DNA of 64,000 nt from an uncultured bacterium. GTDB taxonomy: Bacteria; Babelota; Babeliae; Babelales; Babelaceae. Positions within the stretch are counted from its first letter, which is position 1. Each line of letters opens with the position of its first letter. The position numbers were made by a program, and so were the translations under genes. This document shows positions 30,745 to 39,424 of this stretch, piece after piece. The stretch spans positions 448,001 through 512,000 of the forward strand of contig OY970332.1 of assembly GCA_963717435.1 (NCBI GenBank), in the 5' to 3' direction. The notes under the pieces were generated by a model, which saw only the letters and a list, made by a program, of their open reading frames with translations, was not told the DNA's origin and ran no database searches.

Positions 30745-32520
30745 TTATTTTTCTTTTTCCGGCAAGACAATCTTCAAGCCATAATCTTTAAGCTTTTCTT
30801 GAGAAACTGGCGTTGGTGCCTGCATCATCAAATCCGCGCCGCTTTGTGTTTTAGGAAACGCTATAACTTCACGAATAGATTTGCAGTTAAGTAACAACAT
30901 AACCATTCTGTCTAACCCTAAAGCGATACCACCATGTGGAGGAAAGCCAAGTTCTTGCGCCTCTAATAAAAAGCCAAATTGCTTTTCCATTTCAGCTTTA
31001 TCAAATCCCAAAAACTCAAAAATCTGTTTTTGAATATTTGAGTCATGAATTCTGATAGAACCTCCACCGAGCTCAATACCATTAAGAACTATGTCATAAG
31101 CACGCGCTTTTATTTTGTCCGGTGTTTGTTCTTGCCAACCAGCTTGCGGCGATGTAAATGGGTGATGCACAGATACCCAACGTTTTGCATCAGCGTCATA
31201 TTCTAGAAGTGGAAAATCTACGACCCATAAAAATTTAAGTTGATCAGCTGCGATTAAATTAAGATTTTCACCAAGTTGTAATCTTAATCTGCCCAAATAT
31301 GTCCAGGCGTCTTTATAACTACCAGCAATAATAAATATTGTGTCGCTAGTTGTTAGGTCCGGTAAAAACTTTTTAGCTTGTTCAAAGAAATCTGCAGGCA
31401 AGAATTTTGCTATAGGTGACTCAGCTTGTTTTTGTTCATTAAACTTGATCCAAACAAGACCCTTTGAACCAATCTTGATCGCACGATCAACCCATGATTC
31501 CAATTCTGAACGAGAAAACTGCTTATTTTTTACGTGTAACGCACCAATTTTTCCTGAAGTAGAAATAACTGACTTAAAGAAACTTAATTCTGTGTTTTGA
31601 AATAAATCTGTTATATCGTTAATTTTTAAATCAAATCTTAGGTCAGGCTTATCGCATCCATACTCTGAAAACGCTTGATCGTATGTCATGCGCAATAACG
31701 GGAGCTTCATGTCTATTGCAAATACTTTCTTCAAGATAAACTGCAGCAGGCCCTCAATAATTCCCTGAATGTCGGCTTCGTTAATAAACGACATTTCCAT
31801 ATCAAGCTGGGTAAATTCTGGCTGCCTATCAGCTCTCAAATCTTCGTCTCTGAAGCATCTTGCAACCTGAAAATATCGTTCCATTCCAGCTGCCATTAAA
31901 ATCTGTTTATATAATTGCGGAGACTGTGGCAGAGCGTAAAAACTGCCTTTATGAGTTCTTGATGGAACTAAAAATTCACGAGCACCTTCAGCTGTATTTT
32001 TTGTAAGAACTGGAGTTTCGATTTCATAAAATTCTTGATTTGATAAATACTCGCGCATAGCAAAAATCATCTTGTGGCGCATCGCCAGTCGATCGTGCAT
32101 GACCGCCCTACGAAGATCTAAATATCTATATTTTAGACGCAAATCTTCATCGATTTCATTACTATCTTCAAGTGAAAACGGCAACGCTTTAGACTTGTTC
32201 AAAACTGTTAGCCCAGACGCTTGCAGCTCAAATTTTCCAGTAGGCAGTTCTTTATTAATAGTATTAGCGTCTCTAAGAACAACTTTTCCAGTCACGCTGA
32301 TAACAAACTCGGAGCGCAAAGATTTTGCAAGTTCGTAGCTTTGTTGTTCGATCTCAGGGCTAAAAACAACCTGCATTATCCCGCTTCTGTCTCTCAGGTC
32401 AACAAATATTAAGTGACCATGGTCGCGGCGTTTTGCAACCCATCCACAGAGGGTTATAGATTGGCCCAGGTGATTTTCTTTAACAAGCCCACAACCCGTG
32501 GTGCGCTCAAACTTGCTCAT
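30745..32520 (-). CDS. aspS: Aspartate--tRNA ligase (possibly non-discriminating)
   Basis: RRDHG, YRYLDLR, EGAREF, DRQPEFTQLD, PPHGGIALGLDR. Confidence 0.97.
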   Translation of the reverse strand: MSKFERTTGCGLVKENHLGQSITLCGWVAKRRDHGHLIFVDLRDRSGIMQVVFSPEIEQQSYELAKSLRSEFVISVTGKVVLRDANTINKELPTGKFELQASGLTVLNKSKALPFSLEDSNEIDEDLRLKYRYLDLRRAVMHDRLAMRHKMIFAMREYLSNQEFYEIETPVLTKNTAEGAREFLVPSRTHKGSFYALPQSPQLYKQILMAAGMERYFQVARCFRDEDLRADRQPEFTQLDMEMSFINEADIQGIIEGLLQFILKKVFAIDMKLPLLRMTYDQAFSEYGCDKPDLRFDLKINDITDLFQNTELSFFKSVISTSGKIGALHVKNKQFSRSELESWVDRAIKIGSKGLVWIKFNEQKQAESPIAKFLPADFFEQAKKFLPDLTTSDTIFIIAGSYKDAWTYLGRLRLQLGENLNLIAADQLKFLWVVDFPLLEYDADAKRWVSVHHPFTSPQAGWQEQTPDKIKARAYDIVLNGIELGGGSIRIHDSNIQKQIFEFLGFDKAEMEKQFGFLLEAQELGFPPHGGIALGLDRMVMLLLNCKSIREVIAFPKTQSGADLMMQAPTPVSQEKLKDYGLKIVLPEKEK

Positions 32521-32591
32521 GTTTTATCCCGTAATAAGATTATTTGGTCAAAATTTATCCATAAATCATATAATAATTTTTATTCACACAC

Positions 32592-32644
32592 CCCGCTCGC
32601 CCCGAGTGTTTTTCGAAGTGAAACGTAGAAAAATGTATCGAGGT
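32592..32644 (+). repeat. Modular palindromic repeat unit upstream of aspS
   Basis: CCCGCTCGCCCCGAGTG-TTTTTCGAAGTGAAACGTAGAAAAA-TGTATCGAGG. Confidence 0.88.
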
Positions 32645-32792
32645 GTGTGGCTTTTTAAATTTTTATAGAATTTTACTATATATATCAATATTATCAGAGT
32701 TGATAATATTATCAAAATTATAGGGTAATTTTAGCTTTTTAAGATAATTATTCCCCAATAATATATCAACCAAAATAATTAAAAATTTGCAG

Positions 32793-32822
32793 CAAAATGG
32801 CCAGATTTCTCCAGCCATTTTG
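32793..32822 (-). terminator. Probable terminator of the ATAD3-like gene
   Basis: Minus strand AAAATGGCTGGA-GAAA-TCTGGCCATTTT: stem with G.U pairs and a GAAA tetraloop. Confidence 0.55.
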
Positions 32823-32854
32823 TGTTTTATTTAGTTAACTATGATTTATATTAT

Positions 32855-34534
32855 TTATGCACATGCTGCTTCTAGATACTTTTCAGGATTTAAGTCAAGA
32901 TTTGCATCTTTACCCGAAAACACACTTGAAGCTCTATTAAGCAAGATATTAATAAACACGTCGTAGTTCTTTATGGCGCCAACAGTCTTTTGACCCATAA
33001 ATGCTCTTAATTGTTTAACGAAGTTTTGAACCTCTTGGTAAGATTTACCATCTAGGCTCTCAATAACCCAGTTAAGTTTTTCTTGTGTAAAATACTCTTT
33101 AAACGCCTGTTGCTTTTCAACTGTTATAGACCCTGAAGTTATACCCAGTTTTTGTAAAGTTGAAATCTGTGATTTATCTAATATTAACTTATCCACAAGA
33201 TGGCTAATGATCTGCTCTCTAGCGTGCTTATCTGGGCTTGAAATTCCTACAACTTCATCATAAGAGGCAGATAAAGCTTGCTTTAATTGTTCATCAAGGA
33301 TCAAGCTGCCAAAAACAAAATTGTATTTATTAGAACGTTGTTTTGAATAATCTAAAATTTCATTAACTATAGATTGCTTATCAGACTTTGTTTTTAACAT
33401 ACTGTTAATACTTTCCATATCAACAAATATTAAAGAAGCTGTTTTGCTTGAGGTTAATTTATTGAAAAAATTAGATACAAGCTCAGACTTGTTCGCATCA
33501 AAGTTAGATTCAACAAACAATAGCGATTTTTCATCAATTATAATCAAGTTCTTACCTGATATACGAGCTGCTTCTTTGGCAAATTCTTTTTTAACAAAAG
33601 TCTCATTACCTGTTAGCAAGATATTCTTGTAATCAATATTATTTTCACCTGATACAACAGCATCTGTGATAATTTTATCAAGCAACACGAAGCCGCCTAA
33701 TGTACCCGCACAGTCTGAATTTAAAATTACAGATGAAGGATTGTCTTTGCCAAACATAACTTGACCAATCTTGCTCAAAAGAGATCTGTCTTTCATGATT
33801 GTTTGGAACAATACTGGATCTTTCTTAAATAAATAAGACACTAATGACCCAGAACCGTTAATAAGCCCTGAACCAGTAAGTTTAACACCCTTAAAGATCC
33901 CTAAGCCTGTATATTTACCAACGCCCAAAATACCTTTATTTAATAGATTGAAAAATCCATCAAACATATATTCAAATCTATCCCAACCAAATTTTGTTCC
34001 GCGATAAACAACGTATATAGCAAATGCCATTGTACTGTAATACATAACATCTTTAATTGCTGATGGCATAATCAACTCAAAAGCCGCATAAGCTCCTCTT
34101 AAAGAAAGCAATGATGCTCCAGATATTCCGGTAGCAGCAAGTAATTTTTTAATATTAGGGTGAACATTAGTTAGAGCATCGATCGCCGCATTCATCATAT
34201 TGCCCGGGGCTGACGCGGCGCTACTACCTGCATTCCTAAGCGCCTGAGTGGCCGCATCTACTCCAGGAAATAATTCTATAGGAGCATTAGGAACAACAGG
34301 ATTGGCACCTTGTAACCCATAATTTGGGCTAAAACTTTGGAAAAATAATTTACCAAATCCCAAACATCCAGTCGCTAAATTCTTAGCGTCACCGTACCAT
34401 CCAGGACCCACTAAATCATTACCAAGATTTATGTCGCCTTCCATACAATTTGTTTTTGCTGGGGCAAGTAAAACAGATACCGCCAAGAGCGAAAACGCTA
34501 CCGAAGAGAAACTCTTCTTTAAAAATTTAAACAT
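32855..34534 (-). CDS. Signal-peptide membrane protein with a degenerate AAA+ domain resembling ATAD3
   Basis: AAGGAG RBS, signal peptide, central hydrophobic helices, then YKNILLTGNETFVKKEFAK...SGK, LIFVDME, SNKYNFVFGS, DEVVGISSPDKHAREQII in AAA order with Walker motifs lost. Confidence 0.65.
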   Translation of the reverse strand: MFKFLKKSFSSVAFSLLAVSVLLAPAKTNCMEGDINLGNDLVGPGWYGDAKNLATGCLGFGKLFFQSFSPNYGLQGANPVVPNAPIELFPGVDAATQALRNAGSSAASAPGNMMNAAIDALTNVHPNIKKLLAATGISGASLLSLRGAYAAFELIMPSAIKDVMYYSTMAFAIYVVYRGTKFGWDRFEYMFDGFFNLLNKGILGVGKYTGLGIFKGVKLTGSGLINGSGSLVSYLFKKDPVLFQTIMKDRSLLSKIGQVMFGKDNPSSVILNSDCAGTLGGFVLLDKIITDAVVSGENNIDYKNILLTGNETFVKKEFAKEAARISGKNLIIIDEKSLLFVESNFDANKSELVSNFFNKLTSSKTASLIFVDMESINSMLKTKSDKQSIVNEILDYSKQRSNKYNFVFGSLILDEQLKQALSASYDEVVGISSPDKHAREQIISHLVDKLILDKSQISTLQKLGITSGSITVEKQQAFKEYFTQEKLNWVIESLDGKSYQEVQNFVKQLRAFMGQKTVGAIKNYDVFINILLNRASSVFSGKDANLDLNPEKYLEAACA

Positions 34535-34773
34535 TATTAAATCTCCTTAAAAACAACAAAAATGGTAATTATTACAAAAACTATTTTGTTGACTAATCTA
34601 TTTAAAAATACTTTTACTTATTAACTAATATAACAGCAATGATATTACTTGTAAAAAGCCCCTAGCATTAAAAAACCCGAAGGAAACAACAAGCCGTGCG
34701 ATAATATTCCTATCTGTATTTATTAGGCATGCCTGTATTACTCTGGGAAGGGGGTCAAAAAGTGGTTTTAAGC

Positions 34774-34818
34774 AAAAATACGCGGGATTTGGGTCAAAAT
34801 AGCCCATAATCCCACGTA
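34774..34818 (-). terminator. Intrinsic terminator of the outer-membrane protein gene
   Basis: Minus strand TACGTGGGATTATGGG...CCCAAATCCCGCGTA followed by TTTTT. Confidence 0.7.
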
Positions 34819-34862
34819 CTAATTCAATTACTGTTTTTTTACTGTTTTATACCTGTGAAATA

Positions 34863-36941
34863 CTAGAACTTATAGTCTAAGCCAACGTTTATAAAGAACG
34901 CGGTGTTATCCCCAAGTACAGGTACCCTGTTTTCAGGGTTTAATGCCCTTACGCCTGTGTTATTAAGCGAGTTAAGGTAAATTAGCTGTTCTCTGCTTAA
35001 TGGGCGGCCCTTGATATCTGTAAAATGCTGCCCCGGGCAGAACACCGCTACTACTGAAAACAGTCTCAGATCTTTGAGTAATTCAAAATCTGAAAACAGG
35101 TTAACTTCGGTGCCCAAGAATGGACTAGCAAAGCCGCCAGTAGGTATACTAAAGAATGGATTTGTATCTATAACTCTGGTTTGAACATCCTGCCAGAATA
35201 CTAATAAATTCGGCTTGAAGTTCCAGGTTCTGCAGGCATCTGGGCAAGATTTTATCTCAAATCCAAAGCCTGTATATATAAGATTTGTAAATCTTGAAGT
35301 TTTACTAGGGAAAGGATCAAAAATTTCGTTAGTTGTTGCGGGGAACACCAAAACGCGCGGGATCTTACCTGAACCTGCAAGTAAAAACGCACTTTTTACT
35401 CTAAGACCAGAATATAATTCTTGCAAGCTGATAAATCCGTCATAAGTGTCATTATAATTACTATCGCCAGGAACAACTGAATCTCTATTTGGGTTAACAT
35501 CGCCACTTGCATAGCCTAATGTCCAAGCGCATTTAAATCTATCTTTAATTGCCCAGTATGCAGCGTCAAAGACAAACATAGAGCCATCAAACTCATTTAC
35601 GTATCTATCTGTGAATCTATTAATAGAATTTTTTAAGGTAGAAGTTTGTTGGCCTTGGTCTGGAAGAGAATAGACAATAAATTGGCCGTTATAGCACTGA
35701 CCAGAATAATCTTCGCTATTAATTATCGCCTGATTGGTACTACTTGCTAGAGCTGGCTTGCCAGTAGTTGTATCGGTAATTTGAGAATTAACCAGATTTG
35801 CAACGCCACCATTATTTGCAAATCTTACAACGTTTCTGTCCCATCCAAAAACTGTCTGGTTGCCAAAATTATAAGCAGTATCAAATCCAAACTCAAAAAG
35901 ACCGTTAGCTATAGATACTTCAGATGCGCAACCAACTGTTATTAAATTACTTGTAGCGTCACCTACAAATTCTATTCTGTTTTCAGGATTATGGTTATAA
36001 AGAAAATATGGTTCTAAAGAGAATAGATTAGTATCGGTTTTTATTGGATAGCCAAAAAGTCTTGCCGCAACTATGTAGTTAACAATACCTGCGCCTCGTG
36101 CTTGATCAAATCTTCTGCCCTGCTCTTGGCCACGCGTTTTCAGGTTAACATTTTCGAAACTTCCCCATTTATTATCAAGTATCGCTATATAAAGATCGTA
36201 AGATAATCTGTCTTTTACAAGATCACCATAAAGCTTTCCTGCAAACGCATACTGATCAACTGCGTTAGGAGAGAAAAAACCTAATGTATCAGGATCAACG
36301 GCGTATGCATCACCCAATGCAATACCTCGACCAAGCTGAAACGGGAATGCTCCTAAAACAAAATATTGCAGGCAATCTGACTGACGATTTGCAATATCTG
36401 TTAAACAAATTTGCAACCAAATTTCACGGAGCCAAGGAAATAATCTTGGAATACCATGTCTGTGATTTCCAACAACCGCTTCCATAATTTTTATTTCAGC
36501 GTCATTAGTTGTAGCTATAGAATCAGCATCTCCCCAAACGGCCTTGTTTCTCCAAACCATTTTAAATAGAATTGCATCATGGCCAGTACTTGCTTTGCCA
36601 TAGTGGTACTCGGCATTAAAATCAAACGTATGTCGAACATAAAAAATAGAATCTAACTGACTTTGACCAGTATTGTTGCAGTTATTAAGCAAGTACGTAT
36701 TATTTCCAAAAAAAGTTTCTGGCTTAAACTTAATACCAAATTTAAATTCTGTATCGCCCGATGCAAAAATTAATGCGCATTTTTTAATATCTTTTTTCAA
36801 AACTTTTTCTGTATTATCTACATTATCAACAGCAAGTTGTGATTTGGAAGATACTACTTCAGTTTTTGAAAAAGTATTTAATACTGAAAAAAATAAAACA
36901 GAAAATAAACTAAAGCGTTTAACAAAATTAAAAAAACTCAT
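34863..36941 (-). CDS. Large predicted outer-membrane beta-barrel protein of unknown family
   Basis: Probable start MSFFNF after GGAG, signal peptide, many alternating aromatic beta strands, C-terminal beta-signal FINVGLDYKF. Confidence 0.7.
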   Translation of the reverse strand: MSFFNFVKRFSLFSVLFFSVLNTFSKTEVVSSKSQLAVDNVDNTEKVLKKDIKKCALIFASGDTEFKFGIKFKPETFFGNNTYLLNNCNNTGQSQLDSIFYVRHTFDFNAEYHYGKASTGHDAILFKMVWRNKAVWGDADSIATTNDAEIKIMEAVVGNHRHGIPRLFPWLREIWLQICLTDIANRQSDCLQYFVLGAFPFQLGRGIALGDAYAVDPDTLGFFSPNAVDQYAFAGKLYGDLVKDRLSYDLYIAILDNKWGSFENVNLKTRGQEQGRRFDQARGAGIVNYIVAARLFGYPIKTDTNLFSLEPYFLYNHNPENRIEFVGDATSNLITVGCASEVSIANGLFEFGFDTAYNFGNQTVFGWDRNVVRFANNGGVANLVNSQITDTTTGKPALASSTNQAIINSEDYSGQCYNGQFIVYSLPDQGQQTSTLKNSINRFTDRYVNEFDGSMFVFDAAYWAIKDRFKCAWTLGYASGDVNPNRDSVVPGDSNYNDTYDGFISLQELYSGLRVKSAFLLAGSGKIPRVLVFPATTNEIFDPFPSKTSRFTNLIYTGFGFEIKSCPDACRTWNFKPNLLVFWQDVQTRVIDTNPFFSIPTGGFASPFLGTEVNLFSDFELLKDLRLFSVVAVFCPGQHFTDIKGRPLSREQLIYLNSLNNTGVRALNPENRVPVLGDNTAFFINVGLDYKF

Positions 36942-37070
36942 GTTGAGCGGCTCCAAGGTGCGTATCTAAAAAAATAAATTTATGTATATCGCGCTAACGC
37001 GTGGATCAGAAACTTCAAGGACGTTGTGCATTTGACCTGGTTGTAGCTTGTCCGCATTAGAAGCTGTATA

Positions 37071-37098
37071 ATTATAAAATTTGTAAACGTTTTGTCAA
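37071..37098 (-). promoter_or_regulatory. Consensus sigma70 promoter for the beta-barrel gene
   Basis: Minus strand TTGACA-16 nt-TATAAT, both hexamers perfect, giving a leader of about 120 nt. Confidence 0.7.
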
Positions 37099-37129
37099 CG
37101 CAAATAAATATAATAAAGAGAGTGAATTC

Positions 37130-37996
37130 ATGCATAAAAACAAAGTTCTTCTGGGCGCCCACATGTCAATTGCAGGAGGAGTATATAACGCGGTAGCAGA
37201 AGGCGAATCGATTAACTGTACTTGCATTCAAATATTTACGCACAGTAACAGGCAGTGGGCCCATAAATCTATTAGTGCTGAAGAGGCTCAAAAATTTAAA
37301 GAAGCACAAAAAAATTCTTCTATAGAGATGGCTGTTGTTCATGCAAGTTACTTGATCAATATAGGTTCGGTAAATAAAGGGATTAGAGAAAAATCTAAGA
37401 AAACGTTATTAATGGAACTTGAACATTGCAGACAGCTTGATATCCCATATTTAATTATGCACCCCGGATCTGCAGCAGGATCAAGTGAAGAAGATTGCTT
37501 AAATTCAATTTCAGAACAATTAAACGAAATATTAGAAGAGACGGACAATAAAATCACAACTATATTACTGGAAAACACAGCAGGACAGGGCAGCAACGTC
37601 GGGTATAAATTTGAGCAACTGGCAAAAATTATTTCTCAAGTAAAACATAAAAAAAGAATAGGCGTTTGTCTTGACACCTGCCATGCATTTACTTCTGGCT
37701 ATGATTTCAGAACAGAAAAAGAATATAAAGCTATGTGGCAAGAATTTGATAAGATTATAGGGATAGAAAAATTAAAAGCCATACACATGAATGATTCAAA
37801 AAGCGATTTGGGATCTAACGTGGACAGGCATGAAAATATTGGAGAGGGCAAGCTTGGACTTGCAGCATTTAAGCTGATTATGAATGACCCGAAGTTTTTA
37901 CATATACCAAAGATAATAGAGACGCCCAAAGGGGAAAACTGGCAGAAAGACGATAAGAAGAATCTGGATACGCTTATTGGATTGGTTAAGAATTAA
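37130..37996 (+). CDS. nfo: Endonuclease IV
   Basis: LGAHMSIAGG, HASYLIN, HPG, LLENTAGQG, CLDTCH, HMNDSK, DRHENIG, ETP. Confidence 0.96.
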   Translation: MHKNKVLLGAHMSIAGGVYNAVAEGESINCTCIQIFTHSNRQWAHKSISAEEAQKFKEAQKNSSIEMAVVHASYLINIGSVNKGIREKSKKTLLMELEHCRQLDIPYLIMHPGSAAGSSEEDCLNSISEQLNEILEETDNKITTILLENTAGQGSNVGYKFEQLAKIISQVKHKKRIGVCLDTCHAFTSGYDFRTEKEYKAMWQEFDKIIGIEKLKAIHMNDSKSDLGSNVDRHENIGEGKLGLAAFKLIMNDPKFLHIPKIIETPKGENWQKDDKKNLDTLIGLVKN

Positions 37997-37998
37997 AT

Positions 37999-38160
37999 GG
38001 ATAGCAATAGTCAAAAACCCAATAAGCTAAGAAGGAACTGTAGTAAAGAGATATTCTTTTTATAAAAGTGTCTTTAACTATTGCTATCCTACAAGCAGTG
38101 CTTCGTAAACCGTACTAACCCATAACGAAGCAGTTCAATTTTCGCTTATCAAGCAAAAAT
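37999..38160 (-). ncRNA. Candidate structured RNA (unassigned)
   Basis: 20-bp stem (37999-38018 with 38070-38089) whose two mismatches become G.U only on the minus strand, a second 8-bp stem (38099-38132), and a TGnTATTAT/TATAAT element near 38170. Confidence 0.35.
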
Positions 38161-38291
38161 TTCAACATTATTATAATAGCATAAAAATGCAACAACAGCA
38201 AAGCCCGCCTTTAAAGGCTTTTTTTAAAAAACCATGTTGCAAAGTCTTTAAAAAACAAAAAAAGCAACATGCGTGTTGCTAGGGTCAAAAA

Positions 38292-39293
38292 TTACTGTTT
38301 TTTGAAAAAAAGAACCGTGTACCATGCTATTATTAACGCAAAAAATGCGGTAATAACAACACTTATTGGCAATAGACTTAGAGAAAATGGGACCGTTAAA
38401 ATCAGTAAGATAACTGAAATTGAAATCACGTAAAATAGTACCGCCCATTTAGAAAAACCGTTTTTTTGCAAATAAATCGAGAAATGATCCGGGCTGCCAT
38501 AATAAAATGGGATTCTTTTGTAGGTTCTTACAAGAATTAGCGTCCCTACTTCTAAAAGCGGGATAAGTAATATTAATATTGGCGAAAGATACCCATAAAT
38601 ATTATAGTATCCCCATGGAATCATGAATGGGACAGTTGCCAAGATTCCGCCAATAAATAGCGACCCTGCATCCCCCAAATATATTTTTGCATTAGGCTTG
38701 TTATAAATAAAAAAGCCCACAAGAGCCCCTATAAGAGCCGCTAGCATTATTGAAACGCCATAAATTTGGAAAATTACTGTAATTACCAAAAAAGTAAAAC
38801 TTGCACAAATTGCTAGGGTTGTTGCAAGCCCGTCCATAACGTCAACCAGATTAAATGCATTAATAACTGATAAGATCCAGAAAAAAGAGATCAGTACATT
38901 GGGCAGGTAAGAAAAAAAGTTTTCTTTTAAATGTAGGCCAGCTTTTAAGAAACAGAAAGTTGCGACCATCTGCCCAAAAAACTTTTGATACGGCCGCATA
39001 GGTACAAGGTCGTCTATGAGCCCCACAAATAGCAAAAGCGTGGAACCCAAAATAAACAAGAATATCGAGTTCTCAAACGGGAAAACTAAAGCCATCGAAG
39101 TAATAAAGCCTATATATACGGCAAGCCCTCCCAGGTATGGGGTCGGGTTTTTATGTTTTTTTAGGTTCCCATCGGGATTATCAAGAATTTTTAACTTAAA
39201 AGCAACTTCTATGATTAACGGAACAAGATAAATTGTGATTAAAAAAGATATTACAAATCCCAGAAATATTTTAAGTGGAATGTCGAAGCTCAA
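38292..39293 (-). CDS. WecA/TagO-like undecaprenyl-phosphate GlcNAc-1-P transferase (glycosyltransferase family 4, MraY-like)
   Basis: HKNPTPYLGG, GLIDD, NAFNLVDVMDGLA, AKIYLGDAGS; multiple TM helices. Confidence 0.9.
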   Translation of the reverse strand: MSFDIPLKIFLGFVISFLITIYLVPLIIEVAFKLKILDNPDGNLKKHKNPTPYLGGLAVYIGFITSMALVFPFENSIFLFILGSTLLLFVGLIDDLVPMRPYQKFFGQMVATFCFLKAGLHLKENFFSYLPNVLISFFWILSVINAFNLVDVMDGLATTLAICASFTFLVITVIFQIYGVSIMLAALIGALVGFFIYNKPNAKIYLGDAGSLFIGGILATVPFMIPWGYYNIYGYLSPILILLIPLLEVGTLILVRTYKRIPFYYGSPDHFSIYLQKNGFSKWAVLFYVISISVILLILTVPFSLSLLPISVVITAFFALIIAWYTVLFFKKQ

Positions 39294-39424
39294 GATATAA
39301 CCCTTTTTTTAATAATAAATACTGGGAGCTATATTATCACTAAATTCGATAATTTACCAATTAGTAATAGTCTAGTAATAATCAAGAAAAATTAATAAAA
39401 ATTAAGTTAAGAATTTATATTATT

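Noticed and set aside
34650-34765. GC-richer stretch upstream of the ATAD3-like gene as a riboswitch or ncRNA
   Set aside because: Only short stems (about 5 bp) and no recognisable aptamer motif.
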